This document shows, piece by piece, positions 28,554 through 38,150 of a stretch of 64,000 nt of DNA (positions are counted from its first letter, which is position 1; every line of letters starts with the position of its first letter). Location of the stretch: assembly GCA_964546995.1 (NCBI GenBank), contig CAZJKO010000002.1:3498-67497 (forward strand), in the 5' to 3' direction. A program made the position numbers and the translations under genes. The notes under the pieces are model-generated. The model worked only from the letters and a program-made list of their open reading frames with translations. It ran no database searches and had not been told where the DNA came from. This DNA is from an uncultured Muribaculaceae bacterium (GTDB lineage: Bacteria > Bacillota_I > Bacilli_A > RF39 > UBA660).

Positions 28554-28567
28554 CAAACAATTGTTTG
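28554..28567. promoter_or_regulatory. perfect 14-bp palindrome CAAACAATTGTTTG next to the recA -35; candidate SOS (LexA/DinR-like) operator with a non-canonical AAAC half-site
   Basis: Palindrome sits just upstream of a TTGCTT-N17-TAGAAT promoter-like sequence, about 50 nt upstream of the recA ATG. Resembles the Firmicute Cheo box GAAC-N4-GTTC but with AAAC/GTTT half-sites. Confidence 0.35.
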
Positions 28568-28721
28568 TAATTTTTGGATAAAGAAAATGCATCCCTTTTC
28601 CCAAAAGGAATCCTCCAAAAAAACAAATTACCATAGAAAAGAATCGATAAATTAAAATTTTCAAAGAAAAAAATAATGCCAACTTAACCAGTTGGCATGA
28701 ACAAAAGCAAAACAAGATACT

Positions 28722-29324
28722 CTATTTTTCCTCTAATGAATCTTTCAATAACTCTCGATTTAAACGATAGTATTCCACTCCCGATAAAATTGCCATAATA
28801 GAAGCAAAATAAAGAAGAAAATCACTCACTCGCAAATTCCAAAGTTCAAAAGGTAAGTTATAGAAAAAGACAAGAGTAATTCCGATCATGAGACAAGCAG
28901 TCTTAATTTTTCCCGACAGGATAGCTGCAACAACTTTTCCTTTAGTCGATGCTTGCATCTTAATCGCATTGACAATAATATCTCTTACGATAATAACAAC
29001 GGGAACCAAAAGAGAAATAAATCCCTGCCCTGCTAAAATAATTAAAACAGAATCCACTAATACCTTATCGGCAATCGAATCGAGCATTTTTCCAAGATCC
29101 GTCACCATGTGGTTACGCCTTGCTAAATAACCATCCAAAAAATCAGTGAAACTAGCAAAAATGAACAACACTCCTGCAATAACGTATTGACTCTTAATAT
29201 AGACTCCTCCCACTAGATACCTAGGAAAAGAAACGTTGACTAGATCAAATGGAAACAAAAGTAAAAACATAATCACAAACGATAAAATAATTCTCATCCA
29301 AGTAAGTTTAGTAGGTGCATTCAT
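28722..29324 (-). CDS. pgsA: CDP-diacylglycerol--glycerol-3-phosphate 3-phosphatidyltransferase
   Basis: 200 aa. CDP-alcohol phosphotransferase motif DFLDGYLAR...GKMLDSIADK. Confidence 0.85.
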   Translation of the reverse strand: MNAPTKLTWMRIILSFVIMFLLLFPFDLVNVSFPRYLVGGVYIKSQYVIAGVLFIFASFTDFLDGYLARRNHMVTDLGKMLDSIADKVLVDSVLIILAGQGFISLLVPVVIIVRDIIVNAIKMQASTKGKVVAAILSGKIKTACLMIGITLVFFYNLPFELWNLRVSDFLLYFASIMAILSGVEYYRLNRELLKDSLEEK

Positions 29325-29817
29325 AACTTCTCTCCTCTATAAAAATACCGTGTTTCCCCTGCAATTCTGTACTGATACTTTCATCCTGATCGAGACTCCG
29401 AAATAACAAATATAAAATCAAAAGAACCAAAATAACAATCAAACTAGCAAGAACATAAGGAGCAATATTTTTTCTTCTTTTATGAATCTTTGTATAAGGA
29501 GAAGAAACCTTCTTTTTTTCTTCCGAAGTCACACTCTTTCTTTTGGCTTCCAAAATGTCTTCTAACGAAATTTTAGAAGTATGTTCAAATAAAAAATCAT
29601 TAAATTCATCTAACACTTTTTCAGAATCGAGTCCTAAATATTTAGCATAATCACGAACGTATTCTTTTAAAATATAGACATCTTTAAATGCTCTCGTATT
29701 TCCACTTTCAATATTTTCAAGAGAGACGATATCGATCCCTAAATCTTCCGAAGCTTCATCAATACTAACGCCATGATTTCGTCTAACTTCCGCTAGATAC
29801 TCTCCTAACTCCTTCAA
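29308..29817 (-). CDS. RodZ/YmfM-like bitopic membrane protein with N-terminal XRE-type HTH
   Basis: 169 aa: HTH (LGEYLAEVRRNHGVSIDEASEDLGI), K-rich linker, one TM (IAPYVLASLIVILVLLILYLLF). Position upstream of pgsA-recA matches Bacillus ymfM(rodZ)-pgsA-cinA-recA. Confidence 0.6.
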   Translation of the reverse strand: MKELGEYLAEVRRNHGVSIDEASEDLGIDIVSLENIESGNTRAFKDVYILKEYVRDYAKYLGLDSEKVLDEFNDFLFEHTSKISLEDILEAKRKSVTSEEKKKVSSPYTKIHKRRKNIAPYVLASLIVILVLLILYLLFRSLDQDESISTELQGKHGIFIEERSYECTY

Positions 29818-29856
29818 CTCTTCTCACCTCATTTAAAAAACAAAAAATAATATTTT

Positions 29857-30211
29857 ATAAGCCATGTTCTGTTCCTAAAAAATTAGGCGACAAACATTTA
29901 TCTACCAAGCACAATGCTCAGTCTTTGAATCCGTTATCCTTCCTTCATCAAAGCTCCCCTACCAAAATTTGGGTTTCTCGCTCGCGGGGTTTACCACGTT
30001 TCACTTTTTCTTTTCAGAAAACATCGTCACTGCGGCACGTTACGAATGACCACCATATCGAATAGACGTAGGCATCATTTCGCCGTTAGATAATAAATCT
30101 ACCTTAGGTTATGTCTTCCCTAAGCACGAACACTAAGAACATCACAGTTCTTGCGAGTATGGACTTTCCTCTATACCACTAAAGGTGTACAGCGTTTGTC
30201 AAAATATTATT
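29857..30211 (-). ncRNA. rnpB: RNase P RNA, type B (Firmicute type), about 355 nt
   Basis: Minus-strand sequence contains AGAGGAAAGTCCATACTCGCA, TAGTGTTCGTGCTTAGGGAAG, GTGCCGCAGTGACGA, AACGTGGTAAACCCCGCGAGCGAGAAACCCAAATTTTGGTAGGGGA and ACAGAACATGGCTTA, collinear with B. subtilis rnpB. P1 pairs AATAATATTTT (5') with AAAATATTATT (3'). Ends approximate (+/-10 nt). The 5' end abuts or overlaps the gpsB stop codon. Confidence 0.85.
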
Positions 30212-30545
30212 CATCATTTCCATATACAATTTTTTCAAGTTGAGAAAGTCTTCTCATCACATCGACATTGGTGACTTCGCGATCATTACCAGTTTTAGCA
30301 ATTTCCATATTCATTTTCATGTTGCGAATTTCTTGTTTCAATTTCATAATCTCTGCAAGATATTCTTCTTTTTCTTTTTCTAAATCTCTAATAATGCGTT
30401 CAAATTGTTCATAGTCACCAATGATTAAATCTAAATATTGATCGACTTCTTTTAACCGGTACCCTCTTGTATCAATTTTAAATTCTTTTTCCAAGATATC
30501 TTGGGGTGACAAATTTACTTTATTCTGATACATATATTTCACCAA
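30207..30545 (-). CDS. gpsB: cell cycle protein GpsB (DivIVA-domain)
   Basis: 112 aa. N-terminal DivIVA domain LSPQDILEKEFKIDTRGYRLKEVDQYLDLII plus C-terminal coiled coil. Adjacent to rnpB and recU-ponA as in Bacillus. Confidence 0.8.
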   Translation of the reverse strand: MVKYMYQNKVNLSPQDILEKEFKIDTRGYRLKEVDQYLDLIIGDYEQFERIIRDLEKEKEEYLAEIMKLKQEIRNMKMNMEIAKTGNDREVTNVDVMRRLSQLEKIVYGNDE

Positions 30546-30592
30546 TCCCTTTTATATATTTTCGCAAAAAAAAGAGAATTTGTCAATTCCTT

Positions 30593-30642
30593 TTAAAGAA
30601 CGTCACTGCCGATCATTTTAAAGAACGTCACTGCCGATCATT
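30593..30642. repeat. perfect 25-bp tandem direct repeat x2 (TTAAAGAACGTCACTGCCGATCATT)
   Basis: Two identical adjacent units in the intergenic region between gpsB and the XRE gene. A 37-codon minus-strand mini-ORF (MNQYDVIVLLNKMIDQTREIKLLFKHEEIKRMIGSDVL, about 30732..30619) terminates inside the repeat. Confidence 0.8.
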
Positions 30643-30835
30643 CGTTTAATTTCTTCATGCTTAAAAAGAAGTTTAATCTCCCTCGTTTGATCGATCATTT
30701 TATTTAATAAAACGATAACATCATATTGATTCATATCTAATCACCAAAACAAGCGTAGCAGAAAAAAAACACTCCTGCATCTGTTTCGACAAAGAAAGAC
30801 AAAAATAGAACCAACCAAATTCCAAAATCGTAAAA

Positions 30836-31084
30836 CTACAAAGATTCTTCAAACAACGAATCAAAACTAACTTCTAAAACCGTCGCAATTTTATAAAGTG
30901 TTTGAATCGAAAAGCCAATCTTCCCTTTACCAGATTCAATTCTTCTCATAAAGTCGTAAGAAATATCACAAAGATCCGCGAGTTTTTCTTGAGTATACCC
31001 TTTCATCTTACGATACTTTCTGATATTTTTCACAACAACTTCTTTGATGTTGGGATGGAAGTTGTAACATAGATCTTGACACAT
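30836..31084 (-). CDS. XRE-family HTH transcriptional regulator
   Basis: 82 aa. ...KMKGYTQEKLADLCDISYDFMRRIESGKGKIGFSIQTLYKIATVLEVS is a Cro/C1-type HTH. Confidence 0.6.
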   Translation of the reverse strand: MCQDLCYNFHPNIKEVVVKNIRKYRKMKGYTQEKLADLCDISYDFMRRIESGKGKIGFSIQTLYKIATVLEVSFDSLFEESL

Positions 31085-31239
31085 AATATCACCAACTATA
31101 GTTTCCCATGAAATGCCAAAAAAATCCGTGACCCATAATTACCATTTATTGGAATTTTATAATGCACATAATAATAGAAAAAAAGAAAAAAGATGGAAAA
31201 ATGAAAGATTCTATAGTATAATCTATACTAGGTGATGAA

Positions 31240-31818
31240 ATGAAATACCCAAATGGTTTAAAAAAAAGCAACAATCAGACAATCATCTATGGAAACCGTG
31301 GGATGGATCTAGAAAGTGAAATCAACAATACCAATCAATACTATAGAGAAAACCGACGAGCTTACATTTATAAAAAGCCCACTCCAATTAAAATCACCAA
31401 AGTAGATTATCGACAAGGAATCATTAAAGAAGCTTTTTTTGAATGTCCATCGACGACAGATTACAATGGTATTTATAAAGGGTACTATATCGATTTCGAA
31501 GCAAAGGAAACGTTATCCAAAACGTCATTTCCCTTGAAAAATATCCATCTTCACCAAATAGAACATATGAAAAATGTAAAAGAAGAAGGAGGCATATGCT
31601 TCTTAATTGTTCGTTTCAAAACCCTAAATCAAACATTTTTGTTAAAAGCAGAAGATCTCTTTTTAATAGTCGAAGAACAAGAAAGAAAATCGATTCCAAT
31701 CGACTATTTTAGAAAAAAAGGATATCTCATCAAAGATAAATACAGGCCAACCATCGATTATTTAGAAATAATCGATCAACTATATGGAGGTGAAACAAAT
31801 GCCAAGAACAAAAGGTAA
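31240..31818 (+). CDS. recU: Holliday junction resolvase RecU
   Basis: 192 aa, RecU family (..YYIDFEAKET....FLIVRF..). Immediately upstream of and overlapping ponA, as in B. subtilis recU-ponA. Confidence 0.85.
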   Translation: MKYPNGLKKSNNQTIIYGNRGMDLESEINNTNQYYRENRRAYIYKKPTPIKITKVDYRQGIIKEAFFECPSTTDYNGIYKGYYIDFEAKETLSKTSFPLKNIHLHQIEHMKNVKEEGGICFLIVRFKTLNQTFLLKAEDLFLIVEEQERKSIPIDYFRKKGYLIKDKYRPTIDYLEIIDQLYGGETNAKNKR

Positions 31819-34684
31819 ACAAAACGAACCCAAAAAGAAAACAACACAAAAAAAGAAAACAACGAAAACCAAGAAAAACTTCAAACTAGAATGGAACAAT
31901 CCACGAATAATCGTAGGAATCATTTTACTTTTATTCGCAGTCACAAGTTACGTAACGTTAGGACTTATCGTAACCGCTATTTTAGTAATGGGAATTCTCA
32001 TGATTCTAGGGATTGCAAGACTACTCGATAAAACCAAATCGAAAAAAAGACAACGTAAAATCCTAAATATTATCCTAATCACCGGACTAACACTCGGCAT
32101 ATTAGGATGCATGGCTGTAGGAGGATTCTTTGTATACGTCGTCAAACAAGCCCCTAAATTTGAAATAGAACGATTATCTAAAAAAGAATCGACGATTATT
32201 TACGACATCAACGGAAACGAATATGCCAAATTAGGAACAGAAATGCGCGAAAACATTTCGTATGACGATCTTCCTCAAGTCTTAATCGATGCCATCGTTG
32301 CAACCGAAGACTCAAGATTTTTCCAACACAATGGTTTTGATGCTCCTCGTTTCATCAAAGCAAGTTTAGGTCAAGTCGCAGGCCAAGATGCCGGTGGAGC
32401 TTCGACCTTATCGATGCAAGTAATCAAAAACAGTTTTACGGATACGACCGATCAAGGATTCGAAGGTATCGTCCGTAAATTTACCGATATTTATCTAGCC
32501 ATTTTTAAATTAGAAAAAAATTATACCAAAGAACAGATCATCGAATTTTATGTAAACAACCACTTCCTTGGAGGAAACGTATGGGGAGTCGAACAAGCAA
32601 GTCAAACGTACTTCGGCAAAAGTGTCTCTGACCTCAATTTAAGTGAAGCGGCCATAATCGCTGGTATGTTCCAATCACCAAACTATTATCGGCCAGACAC
32701 CAAACCAGAAAATGCAGAAAAAAGAAGAAACACCGTTCTCTATTTAATGAACAAACATGGTTACATTTCGAAAGAAGAATGGGAAATGGCCAAAAGTATT
32801 CCTGTAAGTTCTCTAACGGGAGGAAGAATTCAAACAAATTCAGAATTCCAAGGATACATCGATACCATTGTCGAAGAACTAGACAAAAAGTATGGCGTCA
32901 ACCCTTATGTAACACCTCTACTTATCTATAGCAATATGGACATGGAAAAACAACGAGGAGTAAACCGTGTCCTATCAGGAGAAGTCTTCAACTGGAAAGA
33001 TGATTTAATTCAATCTGGTGCTGCAGTATTAGACGTACATAGTGGTAAAATTTTAGCAGTAGGAACAGGACGGAATAAAGAAGGAAAAGGAGTAAACATC
33101 TGGAACCTTGCAACCCAAATGAAAAAACAACCAGGATCGACTGCCAAGCCACTCTTCGATTATGGTCCTGGTATGGAATTCAATAATTGGTCTACATACA
33201 CCCTCTTTGATGATACACCATATGCTTACTCGACAGGTCAAACACTTAACAACTGGGATGGCTTCTACATGGGAACACTAACATTAAGACAGGCTCTATC
33301 CCTATCACGTAACGTTCCAGCATTAAAAGCATTCCAACAAGTAGATAACAAAAAAATAATATCGTTCGTCGAATCGCTAGGAATCAAACCAGAAGTCGAT
33401 AATGGACGAATTCATGAAGCACATGCAATCGGGGCTTTTACAGGTGTCACACCACTTGAAATGGCCGCAGCATATCAAGCATTCGCCAACGGAGGATATT
33501 ATTACGAACCACTTTCTGTTAGTAAATTCGTCTATCGAGGAACAGGAGAAACCGTCGAACAACACAGTGAAAAAGTAAAAGTCATGAGCGATTCGACCGC
33601 TTACATGATCACAAGCGTTTTACAAGACGTTCCAAACCATAGATCAGATGTCGCAGGAGTCAACATTGCTGCCAAAACAGGAACGACCAACTACGATGCA
33701 AACAAAGCTCAAGCACTAGGACTTTCATGGGATGCCATCAACGACTCTTGGACAGTTGGATATAACCCCGACATCGTCATAGGAATGTGGTATGGATATG
33801 AAGAATTAAATCAAGAATTAGCAAATCAAGGTTACTACAATCACTTAGATGAAGCTGCCATCAACCGCGATTACCTCTTCCATGCCTATGCCAACCAAAT
33901 CTTTCCAAAAGATAACAAAGACTTCACCATGCCAAGTTCTGTCGTAAAAGTCCCTATTGAAAGAGGAACGAACCCAGCTGCTTTAGCAATTGAAGGAGTC
34001 ACGCCACAAGAAGAAATCGTATACGAATACTTCAAAGCAGGAACAGAACCAACTGAAGCATCACCAAAATATCTAAAATTAGAAACGCCAAGTAACATTA
34101 GAGTCACATATCACGAAAAAGAAAATCAAGTATCGATCAGTTGGAATAGTGTTCCTAAAGCAGGATACAAAGAAGAATACGGAAAACTCCTATACGATAT
34201 CTATTTCGATAACAAACACCTAGGATCGACAGATAGAATAACGTATAGCATCGCAAAACCAAAAACACCTTATGGAACTTATAAAATCGTAGCAAGATAC
34301 GAAAAGTATGACGGAAACAAAAGTGGTGAAGGAATATTTGAATTCAAAAAACCAACAGAAGAAAAACCGACGACACCACCAGATAAAGACCCAACGACGC
34401 CAGAGGATAAAGATCAAATTACCAGCGAATTAATCACCAAAGAATTAACCTTAAAAGTAGGAGATATATTTAAAATGCCGATGGGTCGATCTGCAGTTAC
34501 CGTAAAAGAAAATGGTGTTGATGTAACAAATCAAGCAACGATCACAGGACGTCTCGAAGACGGAAATGGAAACAGTATCGCAGAAATAAATACGACCACG
34601 ACTGGCACATACAACATTGCTTACGACATCAAATATAAAACCTATCAAAAAACACTCCACATGAGTGTAAAAGTAACCAACTAA
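31799..34684 (+). CDS. ponA: bifunctional class A penicillin-binding protein PBP1A (glycosyltransferase + transpeptidase) with C-terminal Ig/Fn3-like extension
   Basis: GT51 motifs (EDSRFFQHNGFD, ...TLSMQVIKN...) and TP motifs (STAKP, SRN, KTGT). ATG at 31799 with RBS GGAGGTG (the ORF track starts 5 codons earlier). Bidirectional terminator AAAAAGTTTTCCATA-acttc-TATGGAAAACTTTTT at 34683..34730. Confidence 0.9.
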   Translation: MPRTKGKQNEPKKKTTQKKKTTKTKKNFKLEWNNPRIIVGIILLLFAVTSYVTLGLIVTAILVMGILMILGIARLLDKTKSKKRQRKILNIILITGLTLGILGCMAVGGFFVYVVKQAPKFEIERLSKKESTIIYDINGNEYAKLGTEMRENISYDDLPQVLIDAIVATEDSRFFQHNGFDAPRFIKASLGQVAGQDAGGASTLSMQVIKNSFTDTTDQGFEGIVRKFTDIYLAIFKLEKNYTKEQIIEFYVNNHFLGGNVWGVEQASQTYFGKSVSDLNLSEAAIIAGMFQSPNYYRPDTKPENAEKRRNTVLYLMNKHGYISKEEWEMAKSIPVSSLTGGRIQTNSEFQGYIDTIVEELDKKYGVNPYVTPLLIYSNMDMEKQRGVNRVLSGEVFNWKDDLIQSGAAVLDVHSGKILAVGTGRNKEGKGVNIWNLATQMKKQPGSTAKPLFDYGPGMEFNNWSTYTLFDDTPYAYSTGQTLNNWDGFYMGTLTLRQALSLSRNVPALKAFQQVDNKKIISFVESLGIKPEVDNGRIHEAHAIGAFTGVTPLEMAAAYQAFANGGYYYEPLSVSKFVYRGTGETVEQHSEKVKVMSDSTAYMITSVLQDVPNHRSDVAGVNIAAKTGTTNYDANKAQALGLSWDAINDSWTVGYNPDIVIGMWYGYEELNQELANQGYYNHLDEAAINRDYLFHAYANQIFPKDNKDFTMPSSVVKVPIERGTNPAALAIEGVTPQEEIVYEYFKAGTEPTEASPKYLKLETPSNIRVTYHEKENQVSISWNSVPKAGYKEEYGKLLYDIYFDNKHLGSTDRITYSIAKPKTPYGTYKIVARYEKYDGNKSGEGIFEFKKPTEEKPTTPPDKDPTTPEDKDQITSELITKELTLKVGDIFKMPMGRSAVTVKENGVDVTNQATITGRLEDGNGNSIAEINTTTTGTYNIAYDIKYKTYQKTLHMSVKVTN

Positions 34685-34718
34685 AAAAGTTTTCCATAAC
34701 TTCTATGGAAAACTTTTT

Positions 34719-35345
34719 TTATTTATGTTTCTCTTTACAAATTTCCATTAACGGACACCCATCACAAAGAGGCTTCATTGCCCGACAATGATATCGACCA
34801 AACAAAACCATTTGATGATGTCGTTTACTCCACTCTTCCTTCGGAAACGTTCTTTGAAGTTTCTTTTCTACTACCAAAACAGAATCGGACTTCTTCGCAA
34901 GACCAAGTCGCTTACTAACTCTCTCTACATGCGTATCTACCGCAATCGCAGGAATATCAAACAAATTACTCAACACGACATTAGCCGTTTTCCGACCTAC
35001 ACCAGGTAAAGATTCTAAAAATGCTCGATCAGAAGGAACCTTACCATCACATTCTAATACAAGACGCTTAGCAATCTCTTTAACATAAAGAGCCTTACGT
35101 TGAAACGTCCCAATCGGACGAATAATCTGAACAATAGACGAAAGAGACGCATTCATCAATTCTTCAAGAGAAGGATAAGTAGAAAACAAAACAGGCGTAA
35201 CAGAATTCACTCGTTTATCCGTCGTTTGTGCACTGAGAACAACCGCAATCAACAACTCGTAATCCTTATGATAAATTAGTTCACAAGTAGGATTAGGATA
35301 AAGATCATTCAAATAATCCCCAATCAACGAAACACCCTTCATCAC
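34719..35345 (-). CDS. nth: endonuclease III (DNA glycosylase/AP lyase)
   Basis: HhH-GPD motif and C-terminal [4Fe-4S] Cys cluster CRAMKPLCDGCPLMEIC. Confidence 0.85.
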   Translation of the reverse strand: MMKGVSLIGDYLNDLYPNPTCELIYHKDYELLIAVVLSAQTTDKRVNSVTPVLFSTYPSLEELMNASLSSIVQIIRPIGTFQRKALYVKEIAKRLVLECDGKVPSDRAFLESLPGVGRKTANVVLSNLFDIPAIAVDTHVERVSKRLGLAKKSDSVLVVEKKLQRTFPKEEWSKRHHQMVLFGRYHCRAMKPLCDGCPLMEICKEKHK

Positions 35346-36016
35346 TCACCATCCTCCAACCAATCGTACTCGAACACTTCTTGAGGCTCCTTCTTTTGAT
35401 CTCGATACTGACTTTGATAACGCCGCACATCACTAGCTGTTTTAAGGCCCTTTTTCCCCCACTCATAGAGAATCTTATCGATGTACCTTAAATTAGATAC
35501 CCCATTAAACGTAGCCTCTTTTAAAGCCTCTTTAATAAGCTCCTCGCTAGTGTGATTTTCAAGCCAAGCCTTAATAATTTCGTATTCCATAGGACTAAGC
35601 GTTCTCCCAAATTCACTCTCGATCACTTCAAAAATGTTACTATCGGATACCTCTTCCTCCACCACATCATCAATAAGCAAAAACAAAAGCTTTTGATAAA
35701 AATCATGAAGCGAAACATGCTCCTCCATAATATTCTTATCATTCTTACGAACCTCAAGTTGCACCAAATGCTTCTCAGACAAATCCGAAATAAACGACAT
35801 AACTTGAGAAGAAGAAATAGACAAATCATGCCCTATTTTAGATGGATCAAACACAAAAACTTCTCCCTGATTATATAAATACATCAAAAACAAAAACTCT
35901 TCTAGTGAAACCGATAACTTACGATAATGTTGAAGCAAATAAAGAGGAATCACAAGATTACCCTGTTTTAACATATCAAAAAGTTTCGCATTCTTCAAAC
36001 AAATCGCCTCCTCCAA
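35342..36016 (-). CDS. dnaD: replication initiation/membrane attachment protein DnaD
   Basis: 224 aa. C-terminal DnaD domain ...LSPMEYEIIKAWLENHTSEELIKEALKEA...YIDKILYEWGKKGLKT. Synteny nth-dnaD as in Bacillus. Confidence 0.75.
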   Translation of the reverse strand: MEEAICLKNAKLFDMLKQGNLVIPLYLLQHYRKLSVSLEEFLFLMYLYNQGEVFVFDPSKIGHDLSISSSQVMSFISDLSEKHLVQLEVRKNDKNIMEEHVSLHDFYQKLLFLLIDDVVEEEVSDSNIFEVIESEFGRTLSPMEYEIIKAWLENHTSEELIKEALKEATFNGVSNLRYIDKILYEWGKKGLKTASDVRRYQSQYRDQKKEPQEVFEYDWLEDGE

Positions 36017-36058
36017 AGGTTACGAACTAGTATAACACACGAAAAACAAAAAGAAAAC

Positions 36059-37174
36059 TTACACCCCATAATCGGATCGATGAGAGCGCAAATAAGCAAG
36101 AATATCTTCACGTTTATTTTGTAACTGCCCCCTTAAAATTTGCACTTCTAAATCCTGGTAAACCAAAGAAAGATACGGTCCAGGTGGAAGGTGAAAAAGC
36201 GCCATAATATCAGAAGAAGTGATCAAAATATCTTTTCTAGTATAAATGGGAAGTTGATCGTACGCTTTCACAATATCTCGCTTATCGAATCCCTTCTTCT
36301 CTGCTGCAATCCGGTTCACATAAAGACCATAACGATAAAGAGCAAGAGGATCAAAATTATTCATGTGACTTGCTTCTTCAATCTTCCGTAGTAGTTCTTT
36401 TTCATTGGAAGTAAATGGATATTTATCAGCAACATCTAAACAAGACCATATACCAAGCAAATCGTCCAAAGGAGCAATTTGATGTAAAGGAAGTTCTAGC
36501 GCTTCATCTAATCCTAACGATGTCAAAAGAGCAATTCCTTCTTTCACATGTTTACTTGTAAATATTTTGTCAAGTTCTTCTCTTTTTCGTTGATAAGAAA
36601 GACTAGAAAGATATTTTTTCGTATTTTGAATTGCCTCAATTATCTCTTCACTTAACGTAAAGTCAAGTGTCGTACTAAACCGCACTGCTCTCAAAATGCG
36701 AAGAGCATCTTCCCGAAATTTATCGGAAGCATTCCCGACAGTTCGAATCACTTTATCATGAATATCGCGAATTCCATGAAAATAATCCAAAATTTCCCCC
36801 TCTTTATTCATACAAAGCGTATTCATCGTAAAATCTCTACGTCTTAAATCTTCTACTAAATCAGTAATATATTCGAAATCGAGTGGTCGTCTATGATCGA
36901 CATAATGGGATTCACGACGAAACGTTGTAATTTCAAACCGAATCTGTTTAACCATAACCGTAATAGAACCATATTCTTCATGAGAAAGACACGCATCCAT
37001 AAATAGAGCCTTAATATCCATAGGTGTAGCCGAAGTTGCCACATCGATATCACAAGAAGGAATTCCCAACACGTAATCCCGAACAAAACCTCCCACCAAA
37101 TAAGCAGAAAAACCAGCATCTTCAATTTTTTGTAATAACTTTAGAGCAATTTCTAACATTCGCTTTTTCACCAT
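36059..37174 (-). CDS. cca: CCA-adding tRNA nucleotidyltransferase
   Basis: 371 aa. Pol-beta-like NT motif GGFVRDYVLG..DIDVAT, class II CCA enzyme. Confidence 0.85.
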   Translation of the reverse strand: MVKKRMLEIALKLLQKIEDAGFSAYLVGGFVRDYVLGIPSCDIDVATSATPMDIKALFMDACLSHEEYGSITVMVKQIRFEITTFRRESHYVDHRRPLDFEYITDLVEDLRRRDFTMNTLCMNKEGEILDYFHGIRDIHDKVIRTVGNASDKFREDALRILRAVRFSTTLDFTLSEEIIEAIQNTKKYLSSLSYQRKREELDKIFTSKHVKEGIALLTSLGLDEALELPLHQIAPLDDLLGIWSCLDVADKYPFTSNEKELLRKIEEASHMNNFDPLALYRYGLYVNRIAAEKKGFDKRDIVKAYDQLPIYTRKDILITSSDIMALFHLPPGPYLSLVYQDLEVQILRGQLQNKREDILAYLRSHRSDYGV

Positions 37175-37271
37175 CCAATACTTCTTATCTACTTATCTTT
37201 ATTATACACCAAAAAAACAAACTATTATAGTTTTAGAAAGAAAAAAAGCCATCACGGCTTTATTTCGGATT

Positions 37272-37544
37272 CTAGTTAACAGCGTCTTTTAATGCAGAAC
37301 CAGCTTTAAATGAAACAGCGTTTCTTGCTGCGATTTGAACAGTAGCTCCTGTTTGAGGATTACGTCCAGTACGAGCAGCTCTTTTTGAAACAGCAAATGT
37401 TCCAAATCCAACTAGTGGTACTTTATCTCCACTTTTTAATGCTCCTGTAATTGCTTCGAATGTAGCATCGATAGCTCTTGTAGCATCAGCTTTTGTAAGT
37501 CCTGCCTTTTCAGCAACAGCTTCTACTAATTCAACTTTTTTCAT
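37272..37544 (-). CDS. hup: DNA-binding protein HU
   Basis: [27 protein letters not shown]...[18 protein letters not shown]. Start at ATG 37544 with RBS GGAGGT (the ORF track adds 11 spurious codons). Terminator AAAGCC-atcac-GGCTTT + T-run at 37244..37266. Locally elevated GC. Confidence 0.9.
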   Translation of the reverse strand: MKKVELVEAVAEKAGLTKADATRAIDATFEAITGALKSGDKVPLVGFGTFAVSKRAARTGRNPQTGATVQIAARNAVSFKAGSALKDAVN

Positions 37545-37805
37545 GTTCCATATACCTCCAATATTTTTCTTAAGCACATGTTATGCTTACATATCAAGAA
37601 TAACACGAAACGAAAGGGAACGCAACAAATTTTACACAAATTGATAGATAAAAGAAGGATTTTCATAAATTTATAAAAAAAAGAACCTAAGGTTCAATGA
37701 TCGCCAAAACAAAAACGAAAAAAAGTATAATTAAGACCGCTCAATACAAACAAAAAAACAATCATAAATAAACCCAATTTTAAAGTAACTTTTTTCATAG
37801 AACAC

Positions 37806-38150
37806 CTATTTCAAATGACGATGAATCGCTTCTAAAAGACTAATGATATGACCTAATCCATAGATGAAAAGAGAAAACAAAAACGTCGAAGCCCATACCA
37901 TTAAGGTTAACCCAAAATTGTACATCTCGCTAGTACAAGTTCCAAAGAAACCAGAAGTCTCACGACAAGCAGGAAACAAATTCCCAATGACGATTCCCAA
38001 AACGATACCGACACACATGACCACAATAGCCACAATCTGATAAAAATTAAGAGCTTTCATACCAAAAAAGTCTTTAGAAAAACCAAATTCTTGAATATCT
38101 TTCTTTTCTTTTTCAATTTCTTCAAACAAATTATTTTTCACGAACTTCAC
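37806..38150 (-). CDS. small membrane protein (hypothetical, 2-3 TM)
   Basis: 114 aa with hydrophobic helices. Overlaps the upstream membrane-protein gene by 20 nt. Confidence 0.4.
   Translation of the reverse strand: MKFVKNNLFEEIEKEKKDIQEFGFSKDFFGMKALNFYQIVAIVVMCVGIVLGIVIGNLFPACRETSGFFGTCTSEMYNFGLTLMVWASTFLFSLFIYGLGHIISLLEAIHRHLK

Noticed and set aside
28518-28715. 65-aa ORF in the recA-pgsA intergenic region
   Set aside because: No RBS, Cys/Phe-rich low-complexity product. The region more plausibly carries the recA promoter and operator. Kept only as a note in the recA finding.
29860-30200. Considered tmRNA or a protein-coding gene for the ORF-free 350-nt region
   Set aside because: No ORF and no tmRNA tag-peptide or CCA-end features. 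Instead, multiple collinear RNase P type B signature blocks (AGAGGAAAGTCC..., GGTAAACCCC..., ACAGAACATGGC) are present, so it is rnpB.
30593-30642. Tandem 25-bp repeat considered as a mini CRISPR or other array
   Set aside because: Only two identical units with no spacers and no cas genes in the window. Not a CRISPR array.
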